Positions 31,742 through 32,000 of a stretch of DNA of 32,000 nt are shown one piece after another. The notes beneath the pieces are model-generated. The model worked only from the letters and a program-made list of their open reading frames with translations, was not told the origin of the DNA and did not search any database. Position 1 is the first letter of the stretch. Every line of letters starts with the position of its first letter. Source of the stretch: Pseudodesulfovibrio mercurii (lineage in GTDB: Bacteria > Desulfobacterota > Desulfovibrionia > Desulfovibrionales > Desulfovibrionaceae); contig NC_016803.1 of NCBI RefSeq assembly GCF_000189295.2, positions 3,660,001 to 3,692,000 on the forward strand. Reading direction: 5' to 3'. Position numbers and translations under genes: made by a program.

Positions 31742-31800
31742 TATTCCGAGCGCGGAGGAGGAAGAGGACGCCAGCGCGGTGACAAAAGCGGGATTGTCGG

Positions 31801-31871
31801 CCTCGCTCCGTGCGGGCGCGGGGATGAAGAAAAGAGAATGGAATAGACCGTCCTTCGGGGCGGTTTTTTTT
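31801..31871 (+). repeat. repeat module D2 ending in an intrinsic-terminator hairpin (31846-31871)
   Basis: It has the same 23-nt head and the same hairpin plus T8 tail as D1. Confidence 0.65.
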
Positions 31872-31924
31872 GCGCCCTTTTCCGCACCACGGACCCGAGC
31901 GAAGCGAGCGACAAAAAGTTTGGA

Positions 31925-31980
31925 AGGGGGGTCCAGGGGGGGAACTTTTTCAAAAGTTTCCCCCCTGGCCGCCGGAGGCA
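31925..31980. repeat. repeat module E, inverted copy
   Basis: Hairpin CAGGGGGGGAACTTTT-TC-AAAAGTTTCCCCCCTG followed by GCCGCCGGAGGC, which is the reverse complement of 12182-12193. Confidence 0.6.
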
Positions 31981-32000
31981 TGCCTTTCCTCCCCCGCCCG

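Noticed and set aside
31298-31981. The 227-aa minus-strand ORF and smaller ORFs after proA.
   Set aside because: They overlap the 3' end of proA and the A/D/E repeat mosaic. The repeated peptide segments simply mirror the DNA repeats.
31470-31990. The possibility that the recurring elements form a CRISPR array.
   Set aside because: The repeats are long imperfect palindromes of several different families with irregular spacing. There is no short constant repeat alternating with unique spacers, and no cas genes.

Overview
GC-rich bacterial chromosomal window, about two-thirds G+C by eye. The gene content (iorAB, a GAF/sigma-54 activator, periplasmic MsrAB, a DUF115/Maf-like protein, lipid A genes) fits a Desulfovibrionaceae-like organism, but that is inference only. 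I support about 27 CDSs. Left to right: a 5'-truncated hypothetical, an MscS-family channel, a membrane metallophosphoesterase and an APC permease. Then a GntR(FCD) regulator with an FMN-dependent 2-hydroxyacid dehydrogenase and a TauE/SafE exporter. Then an envelope and lipid A block: small protein, GT2, lpxB, Gfo/Idh/MocA oxidoreductase, BON lipoprotein, ArnT-like GT, PAP2 phosphatase, small protein, Maf/DUF115. Then a 759-aa cysteine synthase fused to a degenerate CysRS-like domain, a membrane protein, msrAB, a possible SLOG-like Rossmann protein, a sigma-54 activator co-oriented with iorBA and a YfgM-like TPR protein, and proA. No tRNA, rRNA, CRISPR array, transposase or integrase was recognised. 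Items worth a second look: (1) a ~0.7 kb AT-rich single-gene cassette at 24385-25082, encoding a candidate HEPN (RNxxxH) protein, sits inside a bidirectional terminator and is bounded by a perfect 40-bp direct repeat. (2) A second AT-rich island at ~20520-21350 carries one SEC-C-motif protein. (3) The CysK-pseudoCysRS fusion has lost its HIGH, KMSKS and zinc-ligand residues. (4) A ~230-bp strand-asymmetric G-rich tract lies in a divergent promoter region. (5) Several families of modular intergenic hairpin repeats keep conserved flanks but have copy-specific, base-pair-compensated stems, and in one family the loop occurs in both orientations. All functional calls rest on remembered family motifs; no database search was possible.
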